Assembly: GCA_000708835.1 (NCBI GenBank)
Contig: DF237337.1
Span: 10,904-74,903, forward strand
Source of the DNA: Klebsormidium nitens
Lineage: Eukaryota > Plantae > Klebsormidiophyceae
Direction of reading: 5' to 3'
Length of the DNA: 64,000 nucleotides
The notes under the pieces were generated by a model. It was not told the origin of the DNA. It ran no database searches and saw only the letters and a list, made by a program, of their open reading frames with translations. Shown here piece after piece: positions 33,325 through 45,420 of this stretch. Every line of letters starts with the position of its first letter. Positions within the stretch are counted from its first letter, which is position 1. The position numbers were made by a program, and so were the translations under genes.

Positions 33325-36300
33325 CTACGCACTCAACGACCAGATCATGATAAGACCGTCGTCATCCGTCGAGATAAGCTTCCTGGCGTCCGGACTGAAC
33401 TTGATGGACCGGACGGTGCCGCTGTGTCCGAAATTCTCGGCCAGGAATTGGCACGCGGGAAATTCCCACAGCCGAATTGCGTGGTCGGACCCAGCGGTAG
33501 CCAGGAGCGCCCCGCTGCAGAATCCAGACAACATTTTTATGACCCTTTTCTTATGAAACTTTTGCAAATGACGGAACAGTGCTGTAGGCGTTTCGAAGCG
33601 AAAGTGTACCTTCGTGATCAAGACTCCGCCTGAGAACATGCGGGATGACGTTAACTGCACGCTTTGACTGGATGCAGTGAGCACGAACCCCTCTGATCCT
33701 CTTACCGTCGCAGCAGTATTCTACTTTTGAGTTCCGCAAGAAAGATCCTGGAGCCGCAAAAGGGTCTCAGGCACCGAGATCGATATAGATCGTCACGTTG
33801 GCAGCATGATTATTTTGTCACCTTTTTCGTTTGCCGCGTCGTTATCCATCTCGAGATGGCGAAACGTTCGTTACAGAAAAGATGTGACCAATCCAGACAC
33901 ACGAGCCGCCTCTGAACATAGTCACCCCTACGCTGGGTCGGCAAGCCCTCCCCTCGTGACGTTGCACGGCGCCAGAGCTGACCTAGCATGACGTCACTCT
34001 CTCACCTGGCGGAAAACGCAACGCAGGTCGGCTCCCCGGTGTGCGGCTCCGGGATGCGGTGCACCGGCTCCGACTGCCGCAGATCCCAAACCGTCACGTG
34101 ACGGTCCTGGCCGATGGTTACCACTTGGACCTGAAAAGGAAACGAAAAAGAAAAGAGAGAGTGAGTCGATCGATGAAGCGAGTAACGTATTGCACAGTGC
34201 ACGAGGTAAATGACACGAAACTGTGAGACGCCGGATGCTTGCGACCAGAAGAACGACAAACACGGATAAGGTTGTTGTTTTTGTCCGCCTTGTTCCATGT
34301 TGCCGAGTTACTTCGGGTGAGGTGGATTGCGGTGCTGGACATGGTCTCGTGAGGGACAAACTTATGTCTGCGGATCAGCATCGGCTCTTTGGTAAGCGAC
34401 CAGTTCACACTCAAAGCAGAGGCACAATGGACGGGTCCAGATCTGTCGCTTCAATAACTCTCGTGTAACCTAAGAGCCGTGTGACCTAAGATAGGCACCC
34501 GGGGGACGGGTGGGGTTGGTATGGTGGTTAGGGTGGGTTGGGGTGCGGAGCGGGTGTTTACATCGGTTAGGTTTTCAGTTTGAAGTGCCCGGGTAACTTG
34601 TATCTTAGGTCACACGCCCGTAAGGTCACACAAGAGTTGCCGGTATAGATTGATCCGTCTCGTTCTGAGTAATGGAGGCAAAAGAAAGTGACCGGCACTG
34701 TCTAATAAGAAACATTATACCGTCCGGGAAAAGCCAGCCAGGTTGGTTATCTGTTCTTCCCGCACCAGAAACTCACCTTATCAGGGTGCACGGCCATCCC
34801 GTTGATCGCCCCCCCTTTGTGGATTAGGGTCTTGACGCTTCGCTCCGTTCTCAGGTCCCACAGCTGTAGGCTGTGGTCGCGACTGCAAGACAGCACCTGG
34901 GTTCCGCCGCTCATTTCTGCCAGACCGGTTATCCGCGCCTGCGGAAAAGGGACGGATCGGATCAGGCTAAACCGGGGTTCGGCGTGCGGAATACCGGACG
35001 GGTCAGAGTGGCGAATACTAGCAGAAACGGACGCCGCACGGCTGACGACGGCGCACTTCTTGGGTTCCAGCACAACTGGGTTCTGTCGTAAATTGGATAT
35101 CGATAACCTGATATTCCAACGATCCTGAAACCTTTTATGCGTAGTAATGGAACAAACACTTCCAGAGTTCTCTCGGCGACACATCAACTTCAGTTGGACA
35201 TGCACTCGCAGTCTGCTCGACTTCCTACAATTCGTACGCGCTTCGTAGCAGACTTGGAGGCGCTCGATCATTGCGATCTGGCAGGAACGACTTGCCTCCG
35301 GGCACAACAGCTTGAACTCTTAGCCGCAGGTCTCACCACAATGAGGCTTCAGTACTTTCGGAATGATTGAGACCAATAAAGACTGAGCAACTGAGCCCGA
35401 AGTGTTTGTTGCATGTACCGTTGATATGAGTCCTGAAAGCGGATTTTGCTGTAGCTTCAGAAGCATGTTCACCGATACAACGGGACCGGAACTCTAGCGC
35501 ATGACTTCCGTTGGATCCTTCTTCGCCAGGTTTTGCCGGACATTCTCGCACGAGTCTCCTCACCGTGTGCAGCTTCATATGCGCCTTCATCTGCCGCGTC
35601 CGTATATTCCACGTGCGTACCTCCCCGTGCTCTCCCCCGGTCACAATCAGTTCCTTTTCCGGCACCGAAATCAGCGCGGTAACGCCCCCGGGGTGCGCCT
35701 CAGGAATCGCCCATACTAGTTCTCCAGCTGTCGACATTTGGGGGTTTGGGATCAGCGAGGTTTGGGGGTTTGCATGGCACCGGATCTGGCCGTCGGCCCA
35801 GCCGCTGAAGCACGCGCCCGGCGCGAGCGCGACGCAGGTCGCGCCGCCGACGTTCTTGCAGGCACCCTGGAGGGGTTAAGAGCGGGGTTTATTGTTGCCC
35901 GAAAGAGACAAGATACGGCAGGGTCATGGAGGCCTTCTGAACGGTTGCTGATTGCAATCAGTGAACAGCTGCGAGAGAAGTTCCTTAACATTCTGAAATG
36001 CTGGCGAGACATTCACGAGAGGTTGTAGCAAGGACTTGCGGCTAGTATCAAACGCGGCCGCCCCGCCCTCTATAATTCCAAAACTGATCGCAGAATCGTG
36101 CCATCCGATGGTGGATAATGTATTCTGCGGGAGTAGGTTATTAGTCATGTTCACAAACAAGTGCGCGACGACACCGATAGGGAAGCATACCGTGCCGTAA
36201 GACGAACCACGAATTCTAGAGCAGATCCCAGCCGTAAAGCTAAGCGCATCGCAAAGGCGCGACCGTTCTCTCATGTTGAAGATTGACTAAGGAAGCGAAG

Positions 36301-39300
36301 TACGTGGTCGCTACTCAAAGGTGGTCCCTCACCTTCGCTACGCTTGAGTAGGAGTCGAGGTCCCACAGTCGCACGGATCCGTCGCTTGAGCAACTGCAGA
36401 GCCGAACGGAGAGGCTGAATGTGAGAATTGATGTCGAGAACGCGTGCCTTTGACCGTAACAAGTCCGCTTCGAAGACTCACGAATTACCTGCTCTTTTCC
36501 ATTTACTTCAAGGTAAAAATCTTCGTACCCGAAGCCTCATGTGAATTTGCCTAAAATGTCATCCCTTAAAGCCTTCATGTTGTGGATTGTCTAGAATGTT
36601 ATTCCTCAGATTAGCAAAACGTCCAGTCCAGCTTTGTTCAATTGAATCAATCAGTCTCCTTACACAGATATCTCTCTTCATCAGGCGGCAGCACTCAAAG
36701 CAGGGACAGGGGAAAACGTCAGCCGTACCTAGCAAACACGTCAGCCCTGTCCGGAAGGAACGCCGCCCCAGTCACACCCGCGGTGTGGTTCTCGCCAATC
36801 ATCGTTGCCTCTATCTCCGGACGAGTGACGGTGTGAATGTACCCCTCGGCAGTTCCCACCAGCATCAGCCCAGCTGACGTGTCAGTCGCTGAGAGGGAGG
36901 TGACGGAGCCGGCGAACGCCAGCTTGGGCGGGTTGCGGCGGGAAAGGGTCCCAATCTCCACATGGCCTGGAGCAAAAAGATCAAATATATTCAGTAACAA
37001 AGTACGTATGTGCATTTCGCGAAGAAAGCCCGCTTACTTTGAATGCTTGGCGACTGCAAAGCCTCAGTGCAGCAAACTATCAGCCGCAGCTCTGACCACA
37101 TAAAAGGTTTCGGTGCCACGTCTTCTTCCGGCCTTGCAGATGGCAAGAAACCACCTTCGGTATAAGAATCAATTGTCAACCTGGACTTACTCTTCCGCGA
37201 TCCTCGCAGTACCCCAACCCCACTTGCTCTTCTGAAAAGGATGAAGCAGCGAAAACCCTTTGAACCCCCTGTGTGGCTCCACGTTCCTCAGTTCCTCAAA
37301 AGGCGCCAGAGCAACGACTCGAGCTTACCTGAGCCTTTCCGCTGCAGCGTGTTCGCCGCCGTAGCCGCCGTCGAATCTGGTGCGGGTACGACAGTAACTG
37401 TCCCGTCGCCTCCGCCTACCACGAACTCGGACCAGCGGCCGGCTGCGATGTTGTCCACTACCAGGAGCGTGTTCACACCGCGCGCGCACACGGGCTGGGT
37501 TGTGGACTGCAGCATAGATAGGTTAAAGTCGTGGTTAGAGTCACCGAGTTCCAGGTTGGGAGGACGATATCCCGCGTAGGGGCGCAGATAAAGACTTCGA
37601 AAGCAGGGCGAGCGGGTTGACAGCGAATGAGCACTGAGCTTGTATCGGGTGTTAGCGCTCGCGTGTTAGGAGGGCGCCCAATCGAATGTAGATTGCAACT
37701 TTCTAGTTTGTCGGCTTATGGGTTATCACAGCAATCAGGAACCGAAAGTTTGTGGTCTGGAAATTAGAGGCAGGCAAAAGGCGATCCCAAAAAGAGACCG
37801 GGGTTGGCAGGAATGCGATGAACCCAGGATTCGTTCGCAGCTTGTTGACGAGAACTTTTGCGTATCGTTCTCTCCTTGTCCCCAGGGAAGATGCACCTTG
37901 CTGCAACGCCTCTTTCTTATAAGAGCCCGAGCTTAACGAGTCGCTATCGTCGAAGTTTAGTGGAGAAAGACTGACTGGTGAAGTTGAGACATAAGAGAGG
38001 TCAAGGGTATAGATAGGACGTCAGCAGACGCTCACTTGCAACGTCAGCGTGGCGAGACTGAAGCTCGCCACGTCACCCGTGGTCGTCCCGGCGTGGAGCC
38101 ATCTTGCGGCTTTAGCGGGCGCAAAAGCGAGCGACACATACTCTCGTACGACCGACCCCGTTGTGCACTTTGCGCTGGTCAAAGTGCCCCGGTTGGGGTC
38201 CAATATCCTGCACAATGGTTGGTTCCGTTTCTCATCCCATATCTTTCGATTGAAGTATAACTGCGTCGATCGGAGCTTTGCTTCCAGGCCGTTCCAAGAG
38301 AAGGTTCCTCGTTTTAAAGTACGATCCCGCACAGCTGTTTCTTGGCTCTTTAAATAACTGACTACTCTATATACCACAGCCGCACAAGTAAGTGCAATAC
38401 GGAAGCTCGCTTGGAACGTCACAAAACGTCTCCGTTCCTGCTTCACCTGAAGTGATACGAAGGCGCACGCGGCTGGCGAAACTTGCGGATCCAGCTTAAT
38501 CCGTCCGTGAATGTCGACCAAGGTTTGAACTAGACCAGCTCTCGGTTATTTTTGACACAAGATTTCATCGATTGGAAAGGCACTTACCATGTTAGTAGAG
38601 TTTTGCCTCCAGCCGTGGCCAATCGGTAGCGCCCGGTGTGCCTGCCCTGGCCATCCTCTTCCAACCCGCCCCAAGCAAGGGCCACCGTCGAGACGGGGTT
38701 GGCGGGAACAGACGCCACCTGTCAGAGGAACAGACATGTCATTCCTGGTAGTAAGTTGCTAATTGCTAACGTGGCAGAAGCAAGGTCGGTAACCAGCTGC
38801 CTTCATCCAGGCTGGCCGAACTTTTGCAGGCTAGGAGAAAGTCAAGGAGGCTTTTGTCGGTAAGACTGCCCGATTGGATTGTTTTTCCAAGGCATCGTTC
38901 AGGGTCATGTTGGTGAGCTTTGATGTCGATAAAATCGTGCCAGCTTTACAGACAAAGTGTACACTAGCTAGTACGTGCCAGCGTGAAGAGGACCACCTCA
39001 ACAAAGAGCTTGATACAAAGCGACTCACGATGCAGCCGCTGCTTGTATCCCAGACGATCATCTTCCTGTCTCTGTCGTTCCCAACACTTGCCAGCAGCTT
39101 TCCATCGGGGGAGAAGGCGACACACGCAACTCCGAAGTCGTGCTCTGAGAGGCGGAATGCAATCGAGCGCTTGGCGTAGTTCCAGATGAGGAGGTCGGCG
39201 TTCTTGCCGGTCTGGCCGGAGGCGAGGAGTTTGGCATTGGGAGAGAGGGCCAGGCAGGTTATTGGAGCATCGTGGCCATGTAAGAACGACTGCAAGGGAG

Positions 39301-40452
39301 ACGGACATAAGCAATTCTGACTAAGGACTTAGGACTTAGAACCTTTCATTATTTTTTCCTGTGAGTGTGCCTGCAGTTAGAGCAGCCATTGGCTTCCCGT
39401 GTGGTAAATACGCTGACCTTAACTCTTTCTTGTCAGTGAAGGGGACAGGGTGCTCTCAGGAGATCAGTTTTGATCGGATCTGAAAGCTGATTAGGTCAAC
39501 CGTAAGGATTTTTAATTTGACAGAAAGATGATAGATGGAAGAAGATGGACGATGATGGAAGACGATTTCATTCATGACGATTGAGCTTGTGATAAGTCTC
39601 ATTGACTGGGGGCCTCACTCTCCCCTCAGCAACTATGCTTGCAGCTGGAGTCAGGCTCACATTAAGGTGTGGCCAGTGTAACGTACAGGTGACGTACAAG
39701 AACTCTACAAAGCAATCTTTCATTTCCTTCTCGCAGGCCCCTCTATACCCTCTAGCTCATCAGTAATTCGAGCTGTTCTCCTGGACTAAGAACCGTATGT
39801 GAAACCGGGTTATCTTTCAAACCAAGCCCGAGAGTGCACCTAGCTGCCCGGACAACCTTATCAGCAACTTGCTATGCTTGACCTTCAAGGACAAGCTGCA
39901 TAGATCTTGGCATCCAGTCAGATCCCCGTAAAGGGAGCAGCAGAGAAGTTTGGGCACCTTTTCCCAGACTCTTCAACTAGAGGAGGGGGTAAGGTCAAGA
40001 AAGAGTCCATTGCTGCTCACCTGGTCGGTTGGATTGGTGGTGCTAGCGATGACGATGCAGGCTCCAACTGCATAAGTCATCTCCGCCCCGCTTGGGTGAA
40101 GCTGAAGACCGCTCCTTATTTGGCCACTGCATCAAACACTGAGCTGACACTTTAAAAGCAGGACATTCAGTTGCTTTGCCGGTCCAGCTCCAGCTCGATT
40201 GAAATGCAGTTACATTCCAGTCGAAGCAAGCTCTTTGCAAAACACGAGCTTACTGCTTCCATTAGATTGGATCGGACAAGATTGCTGGGGCACTCAGACA
40301 AGAAGTTTACTTTGACCAGCTCTACGTATGTGCTTCCACATAGCGTTCTAAAAGTGGGTTTCCTGGCTACATCGACCAGTGTCTGACCTGAAGCCGGTCG
40401 CATGTTCCAAGGAAAGGCCCCAGGACCCATCAGTCCTGCTGTCCGAACCCAT
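33325..40452 (-). CDS. CFAP52: WD40-repeat protein of the CFAP52/WDR16 (cilia- and flagella-associated) type, ~663 aa
   Basis: Twelve phase-consistent exons: 40452-40388, 40126-40021, 39289-39029, 38718-38588, 38207-38036, 37506-37329, 36966-36729, 36393-36333, 35866-35564, 34938-34777, 34130-34006, 33514-33325 (1992 nt). LEH..GF.G...GL.LHP...YAVG, QSFLHGH....CLALS..LASGQ, FSGWADGQIR, W.IP.AHPGGVT, TGG..GEVR.W and GHSG.V..I.FSPD follow the CFAP52 layout. The start could lie upstream at 40794. Ortholog versus paralog cannot be resolved here. Confidence 0.8.
34456..34638. mobile_element. Small inverted-repeat (MITE-like) element in a CFAP52 intron
   Basis: AACTCTCGTGTAACCTAAGAGCCGTGTGACCTAAGATA on the left pairs with TATCTTAGGTCACACGCCCGTAAGGTCACACAAGAGTT on the right, including a perfect 15-bp core GTGTGACCTAAGATA. 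The G/T-rich interior also occurs at 3513-3585. No clear TSD. Confidence 0.55.
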
Positions 40453-40479
40453 TCTTTCCACACGTCCCAACAGATTGCC

Positions 40480-40488
40480 AAACCCTAA
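40480..40488 (+). promoter_or_regulatory. Telo-box-like motif (AAACCCTAA) between the divergent CFAP52 and ECH2 genes
   Basis: Exact plant telo-box 28 nt from the proposed CFAP52 ATG. A single 9-mer may be chance. Confidence 0.25.
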
Positions 40489-41129
40489 TCTTTCAACCGC
40501 CTGTCTATCGCCGCACTTTGAATTGAACGGTTCTTGGCCCTCTTCAATTGTTGCAATAGAAGCTGGGGAGCGAGGACACTGAATCTTCAATGAAGCAAAT
40601 GATGGGTAATTTGAGTAGAGGGATCGAGACGACCGTCTCCCTGAACTGAAGTTCTGCGGAAGGAGGAGTGGACGTCCTTGCAGGGCATCGATCGCAATTG
40701 GCGCTGGTGAGGAGGAAACTCGTGCCCCGAGAGTGCTGGGGGGATCTGAACAAGGCACTCGCTGCCCGGAAGGTAACTTCCGACCACTTCTCAATTATTT
40801 CTCCCCTCGCAGAATCTCCCGGAGATATGGCCGCCCGGGGTTAAATTGACTCTACGCGCATCCAACCGGGTACTCAGAGCGTTGTTAGGGTTCTGATGCT
40901 GACTGGACTCTGAGTCTTATCTTGCAATTGCACTGTGCAGCTGTCTTCCGAGTTTCAGGGCTTGGACAACCTCTTTCCACCTTTCCCTTTAAAGAGCAAC
41001 ATTTCTGGTTGCGGCGCCAAGCAGAGCAAGCGGAAAGGTCTCCTGGAGGCAGCTTCGACTCTCCTCTTCTCGTTCATTCAACCTTAGTGGGACCCTTAGT
41101 GTGAAAAGAGGCGTGAAAGCTGGCGGACG

Positions 41130-44100
41130 ATGAACGCCTCAGCGATCGACCCAGGCCGCGTCCTAGGCTACAAATTTGAGGAGGTGAGTGAAGGTGCCGA
41201 GAATGTACTTGAGAGCTTCACCTTTCATCGAGTGAGGAACTCTCTGCATTTAGGAGTTTGTGTATCTTGAGCGCCTCTCCAATGCTGCAATTTGGAGTGG
41301 AGAAATTTGGTGGTGTGGTTGAAGATTGCAGATTTCAGATTGGACTGAATGTGCAACTGAACGAGAACCATCAGAATGCTGATTACACTGTGTGGTTGAT
41401 GCCTGCAGAGCAGCTTTGATTACTCAATAAGGTAAGTCCGGACAAAACTTACATTCACCAATCAAAACGTATGAAAATCAACCCACTGGATGCATGTATC
41501 TTAGAAGCAACTCTGCGGACATCAGAGCCAAGGAGGTGTGAGCGTAAGGTCTCTTCCCCACCGGGTTGTACATATTGGTAACCTCGTTTAAGTTCTTGCA
41601 CGACGGCAGCCCTTTTAACAAGTTGGCAATGTCGGATTACCTAGAGAATACTGCTTGCTGTTAAAGGAAGGATCAGGGATCTCAAAACGGTTCTAACATG
41701 GAACATGGGGGACTCGCAGAAGGACTCACTCTTCTCCGGTTTCTCTGACAGGGACGTCATTCTGTATGCACTGGGAATTGGGGCTGCAGCGTTAGATCAG
41801 ACAAACCCTGCCGAGCTTGCGTTTGTCTACGAAGGGGAGTCTGGGAGAAATTTACAGGTGTGTGACAGTGACGTCTAGTGAAGCTGGTGGTTCTCTTTCA
41901 CAACCTCTTGCCTTTTGAATTGTAGGATGCAGTCTGGACTAGCTGTGGGTTCTAACCTGGGTCAAGCATCGTTTGCACACTAGAGTAGCTAGTTCAGTGC
42001 GTAATCAGCGAGGCCCCATGAGGCTTCCAGTTGAGATAGTAACCACTGCCTCAAAAGCTTTTTCAGTGATTGCTTATTACTGGTTTTCCTTGGCCAGGTG
42101 CTTCCAACCTTTGGCGTCCTCTTCCCGTCTTCACTGGTCTCAGAGCTTCTGAAGGTACCAGGCTTGCAGTAAGGAGACTGAAACTCTCGAGCACTTCTAG
42201 AGCAGAGACGTCAAGCCAGATGACTGCTTGCAACGCAGGAGGATGCAGCATGTTCCCTGACACTTTCCTTCATGTCTTCGTCCTGTTTACGAGTTGAAAG
42301 AGGATTGAAAGGGAAGGGATCAGGTGTATTAGTCACAAACACTTAAATCCGGAGTTCAAGCTTAACCAGGCGTAGCCAGTCGATAACACTCCACTCCGCT
42401 TATGCAGGTTTGATCCCAAGCTTCTTCTGCATGGCGAGCAGTACCTAGAGGTTCTACGACCCCTTTCGTCAGAAGGCCAGGTAAGCCTGGGCTGAAGACC
42501 TTTGCAAGGTCAGTAATCTGTGTAAAACATTGTTGGGTTGGATGTCAGCCAATGGAAGCGCCAATTGCTTGGACTCAAATGTAGATGGTCTCGCCCTGTC
42601 GAATTGCTTCTGAACTGGTTGCATGTCCAGGCAGATCATTGTTGAAGGCTGAGTTGCTCATGGCCTTCGGTCTGATGCTTGCCTTTTCAGAACGAAGATC
42701 GGAACTGGTTTCTTTTGCTGCAGATCAAGAACACGAGTTCCGTGACGGGCCTACATGACAAAGGTGGAAACTCACGGAAGCCAACATCCGATGTCTTCCA
42801 ATGAATCTGATCAATTGCTCCTTGTACTGGAGTCTCTTCTTCCTCGTCCATTCCTGCCTTTGAGTTGCGAGTTGGTGTGAGGGAAGCAGACTTGCAGAAA
42901 TCCGGAGTAATCCGTAGTAATCCGTAGTAATCCGTAGCATATGCCCCCCAATCGTGCATCATACCCGTCAAGATATTCAAAAGTGTTTTGCAGGCAAGGC
43001 GGCGATGATTGAGGTAGAGACCAGGAGTTGCGACGCCCAAACCGGGCAACTTGTCTGCATTAACAGGTGACGGTTGATTCCCGTGTCTTTTTGCGATGCT
43101 ACAATGTTTTTGGTATTGCCGCTCTCTGCTCTCTTCGCCAATTGGATTTGTCGTGAGCTTCTGGTGCCTACGGTGGATGGACGAACAGAGTTGAAAGTGA
43201 TGATTCGTGACATCTATAACGCCGCTGACGCACCCTGTTGGCGCACTCGGCATGCAAGCAGAGTTGTGAAGCAAGCGTCTTTCTGTTTCTTGATGTTTCT
43301 CCATCCGTCTTCTTGATTGTGTCTTTAACGGAGTCCCGGTCGTCAGGATTCCGTTACGGTCGCTTCTCATCGTCTTACGACCGTCGACGGTTCACAGCAG
43401 TCGAATCTGCATGCTCCTTCTCGCACCTGTCGAAAGCATCTGCAGGAATTTGAAACGAAAATATGGTTGCAGATCTACCTGTGTTTTGCGGGGTGCTGGC
43501 GGCTTCAGCTCGCATACCACAAGCCCTTCAACATCTGGGCGTGACAGCAGCACCTCCGCAAAACCCGCTAGGAGTTCCGCTGCTTCAAAGAGCGGCAGAA
43601 AGCCAGACTTGAGCCGCACACCAGACTTTGTGCATGAGGAACGGACTGCGCCTGACCAGGTGAGTAACAATGATCGAAGCTGAGAAAAGTCAGCCGCACC
43701 CGCATTTTTTTTAAACAAGGACATGAAGTCCGACGCATCGTTTCAGCGTTCGTACAATTGTCAGCCATTACGATCAGGCAGCTCCGTTTGCGTCGATCTG
43801 CTTCCCTGAACTCGATGTCTCTAAACGAATCTCAACTGCTGTCCAGAGGGCCTACTGATGGAGAACCTCTGGGGAAAGCCGACCAACATGCAGATGCACA
43901 GGAGTTTTCGAGAACCTTATCCTGATATGAGCGGATCGGCATTTAACTTCTTAGCGCCATGACAGCAATTCGACGGATATCATTTTCTAGTTGTCTTCTA
44001 CTGCAGGCGCTTGTGTACCGCCTCTCCGGGGATCACAACCCCTTGCACGCCGACCCCGCGTTTGCGAAGGCTGCAGGGTACGTCTTTTCCGCTCCTGCGT

Positions 44101-45420
44101 CGTTCCTTTCGAGCTACGAAGAGAAAACTAAACACTATCTGCGTGGAGCTGGAGGGCGGAGTTGCTTGGTTGATGCTTGTTTTGGAATTGGTGGGATTTT
44201 GCCTGGATTGGAAAGTTGCAAGGAAGAACGGAGATTCCTTCTGTGTGAATTGTTTTGACCAATTGACGTAATGGTGTTACCTGTCCTTGTGTTTGCGTAA
44301 CTATGCAGTCTTCTCAACCGATTTTACAGTGACTGGTTTCATTTGAAGCCCCAGCCAAATCGTCATCGACCACTTTCAGGACAAGACAATCGGCTGACAT
44401 CCTCCAGATGTCATTTTGGACTTGATTTCGACATTGCAGAATTCATACCCGCTCTTATAGAAGGGAACGTTTTGCATAACCAGGAGTCGGATTAAGTCCC
44501 TGTCTTTCCGAACTGCTAAACGGTGCACACTTTCTTCGTGCAGCTTTCCCCGCCCCATTCTCCACGGCTTGTGCTCCCTGGGCTTCGCCGTCAGGGCCGT
44601 CCTGAAGAAGTGCTGCGGAGACGACGTGTCCCTCTTCAAGAGCGTCCAAGCACGCTTTCTTTTACACGTGTTTCCTGGGGAGACGCTTGTGACAGAAATC
44701 TGGCAGACCCCGGGCTCTACTAGGTAAGCTTTTCTTGCAGATGTTTTTGAATTCGTTCGAAGTGATTCCGGAATATTCGGTTAAAGTAGCCTCGACACGT
44801 AGCTGCAAGGATCGCACTTTTAAGAAATGTTGAAGGTGACCTTGAGAAACAAGCGTAAACAAGTAGAATCCCGCCTTCGCAGAAGCAAGCGGCTTCTGAG
44901 GCATCGTTCGCATCTGGGATCTTGTCGCCAAGGTTTCGATACATGCTCGAAGGTGGTAGATGAACTCAATCATGGGTACAGTTATTAGATGTTATTGCCG
45001 CATGGCAAAGTCGACGAAAAGAATATAGAAGCTACAACCAGCGGCCGAACCACCACTCTATTGTGTACGGTCGTAGACTAGCGGTCGATGTCATTCAGCT
45101 GTGATCTGACGTTCAATAGTGGGTAATGATATTGAATGTGAATTGATACAGAGCCTTCTGTCTTGGCACAAACACAGAGGAAAGGGATCAGGCTTGCAGG
45201 TGGACAGGCAATGAGCGGCCAAACATATGCTCCTTCTTTCGTGCTAGAGGGTCTGTTCCAAGTATCCGAGCAATCGAAACAGCGCGCTCCAGACAGGGCC
45301 TTCTCAACACTTTCCTCTTCTGGCCCTTGCAGTTTGACATTCAGAACGTCTGTCAAAGAGAGGCAGAAGCCGGTGCTTTCGGGAACAATCCGCCTGAATC
45401 TGGCGCATTCTCGCATCTGA
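41130..45420 (+). CDS. ECH2: Peroxisomal monofunctional enoyl-CoA hydratase 2 (MaoC-type), 321 aa, C-terminal PTS1 (SRI)
   Basis: Eleven phase-consistent exons: 41130-41183, 41409-41431, 41752-41857, 42098-42168, 42408-42480, 42724-42763, 42994-43066, 43473-43659, 44007-44077, 44544-44723, 45333-45420 (966 nt). Motifs RDVILYALGIG, VLPTF, LLHGEQY, GLHDKGKAA, LRGAGGF, hydratase-2 motif YRLSGDHNPLHADP, PILHGLC and VFPGETL. Confidence 0.93.
42901..42937. repeat. 10-bp tandem repeat (TCCGTAGTAA) x ~3.7 in an ECH2 intron
   Basis: TCCGGAGTAA TCCGTAGTAA TCCGTAGTAA TCCGTAG read directly. Confidence 0.9.

Noticed and set aside
42687-43370. 227-aa minus-strand ORF that first looked like a transposase fragment
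   Set aside because: It lies antisense to two real ECH2 exons (42724-42763 and 42994-43066) and a 10-bp tandem repeat. No DDE motif holds up.
8794-45420. Possible lipid-metabolism cluster (BTA1 half, DES1, ECH2)
   Set aside because: Different pathways and compartments, separated by unrelated housekeeping genes.
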